A stretch of DNA of 64,000 nucleotides, taken from contig NC_058368.1 of the NCBI RefSeq assembly GCF_018350175.1, forward strand, positions 46,006,001 through 46,070,000, given 5' to 3'. The position numbers and the translations under genes were made by a program. The DNA comes from Felis catus. Lineage: Eukaryota. Shown one piece after another: positions 62,376 to 64,000 of the stretch (the first letter of the stretch is position 1; every line of letters begins with the position of its first letter). The notes beneath the pieces were generated by a model, which was not told the DNA's origin, ran no database searches, and saw only the letters and a list, made by a program, of their open reading frames with translations.

Positions 62376-64000
62376 AAGTATATTCTTAATAGATAAATTT
62401 ATATCCAACCTAGAAAACACAGGACATAACATATATGTGATAAATATATTTTATAATGATATTTTCAAGAAAAATTGAATGTTTTTAATTCATTCCATTC
62501 TATGGGATTCACCTAACTTATTCTAAAAGCAAAGATAACTTCTTCACATCTGAGATTGGAATAAATACTGATGTTATCTGAATTTTAAGATTATTCTCTT
62601 ATTATTTCCAGAATTGAAAATTAAAATATCAGAAAATGATTATTTTTCTTCCTCGGAAGAAAAAAAATGTTGAAAAGCCACTGAACATTATTTTTACTAC
62701 TGTAATTAGTGAAAGGAATTTAGACCTATCACTTGACTTAGTGTTTGAAAATGTTTCTGGAAACACAGTTGTTATTTTTGTAGTGAAGATACAAAATTCA
62801 ATTCATGAACTTGTTCTTTCCACACTATTACACTAGACGTGCCTGTTATTCTCTGGAAGGCTTGTCACTCTTAAGACTATTTAGAAACACTTTGTTTGAG
62901 GTCAAAGAAAGAGATTGCATTTTGATGATTGTTTTGCCTCCCGTGGCTTCCTCCTCACTCCTGAAATATATTTCTTCCAACAAGGCCACCGTCAAAAGGG
63001 CCATTTTCATGATGACTATAAGCATAAAACATCTGACGAAATAACCACTGGATTCGTCATATTTGTAAAGACAATAATTACAACTTTGGCATTAATTGCA
63101 GCCCATCACTGGCTTTTTCCTCCTGTCCTTGCCAATAGGCCCTAAATCCAGGCTTCAATTTCTTTTGCATTAACTCTGCCTCGAATATAATGATTACCAT
63201 TTAACTCGGTGGTTACATAATCCTAGTGAAATTTTAATGTGGACATCTTGCATTAACTTTCTTTCCTTTACAACAACAAAAAAGGAAAAGGTGGCCCCTA
63301 AATAAATGAAACTCAATTTCACGGCACATTATCTCTCTCAATTCTTTCCTCACAGCTTTCATTTTCATTAAAATCACAGACAACCATAAATTAATAATTA
63401 CTTCAGGTTGACTAAATGCAGGCCATACTATTTAGCTCCTTGCTTTCCTACAGTGGCCCTTCTTGTTCATGCTGGAAAAATGTTAATTTAGATAATGTGG
63501 CTTGGCCCTTGTCTTATCATTCTGTGCTGCAGTTTCACTGATCTATAATAGTCTGTTCTTATTAGATAGTATTAACTTTATCTTTTGTTCAATCAAGCTT
63601 TACACTTTGCTTGGAAGATAACTATTGCAAACTCTCAGTTGAAATGTGTCATTATCTACATATCTATTATATTTCAATTCTTCTGGAAATGCTTTTTGTA
63701 TTTACTAACTTACTTGTGATTCCATGCATTCATAGATGCCTTGTCCATTAGCTTAACGTGTGAATTAGAGACACTTGAATACAGAAGAGAGAGAAACATA
63801 CAAAATTCTAAACTTTCGTAATTATGAGAATTACAAATAAACTGTATTATTTTACATTTCAAAAGATTTAGGCAATATTTGTTTCATTTAAAGCAGCAGT
63901 AACTAAAAATTCAATCCAACCGCTTCTCTGTTTCTCTGGTATTCAAAAACTCTGATTAGCCTGAAGACAAGTTATTATATTGTTTACTTAAAACCCTACT

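Noticed and set aside
1..64000. CRISPR array, prokaryotic operon or non-retroviral endogenous viral element
   Set aside because: No regularly spaced repeat-spacer array, no gene-dense ORF structure and no viral protein motifs recognised; a tBLASTx against viral proteins would be needed to exclude a highly decayed element

Overview
AT-rich, non-coding mammalian DNA, very likely from a felid. It carries about 24 tRNA-derived Can-SINEs, several with the feliform SINEC_Fc-type body (…CTCAGAGCCTGGAGCCTG…GATTCTGTGTCTCCCTCTCTCT…). I find no credible protein-coding exon, RNA gene or CRISPR array; the longer ORFs derive from decayed L1/Tigger sequence, SINEs or low-complexity repeats. The window reads as a gene desert or very large intron layered with L1 fragments of several ages, L2, MIR, MaLR/ERVL LTRs, one TIR-bounded Tigger derivative and microsatellites. 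Several repeat-poor, TAAT-rich blocks may be conserved enhancers. The most notable non-routine structures are: (1) a ~213-bp, ~96% identical local inverted duplication (4010-4222 vs 4892-5103) pasted into an old L1; (2) a ~1-kb hierarchical CT/CpG expansion grown from a SINE tail (27329-28355); (3) a 53-bp templated copy 2.4 kb from its source (40269-40321 vs 42658-42710); (4) a mosaic of interlocking micro-inverted repeats (30407-30478). I cannot support a previously undescribed biological system from the sequence alone. Repeat subfamily names are from recall and need RepeatMasker/Dfam confirmation; boundaries of old elements are approximate.
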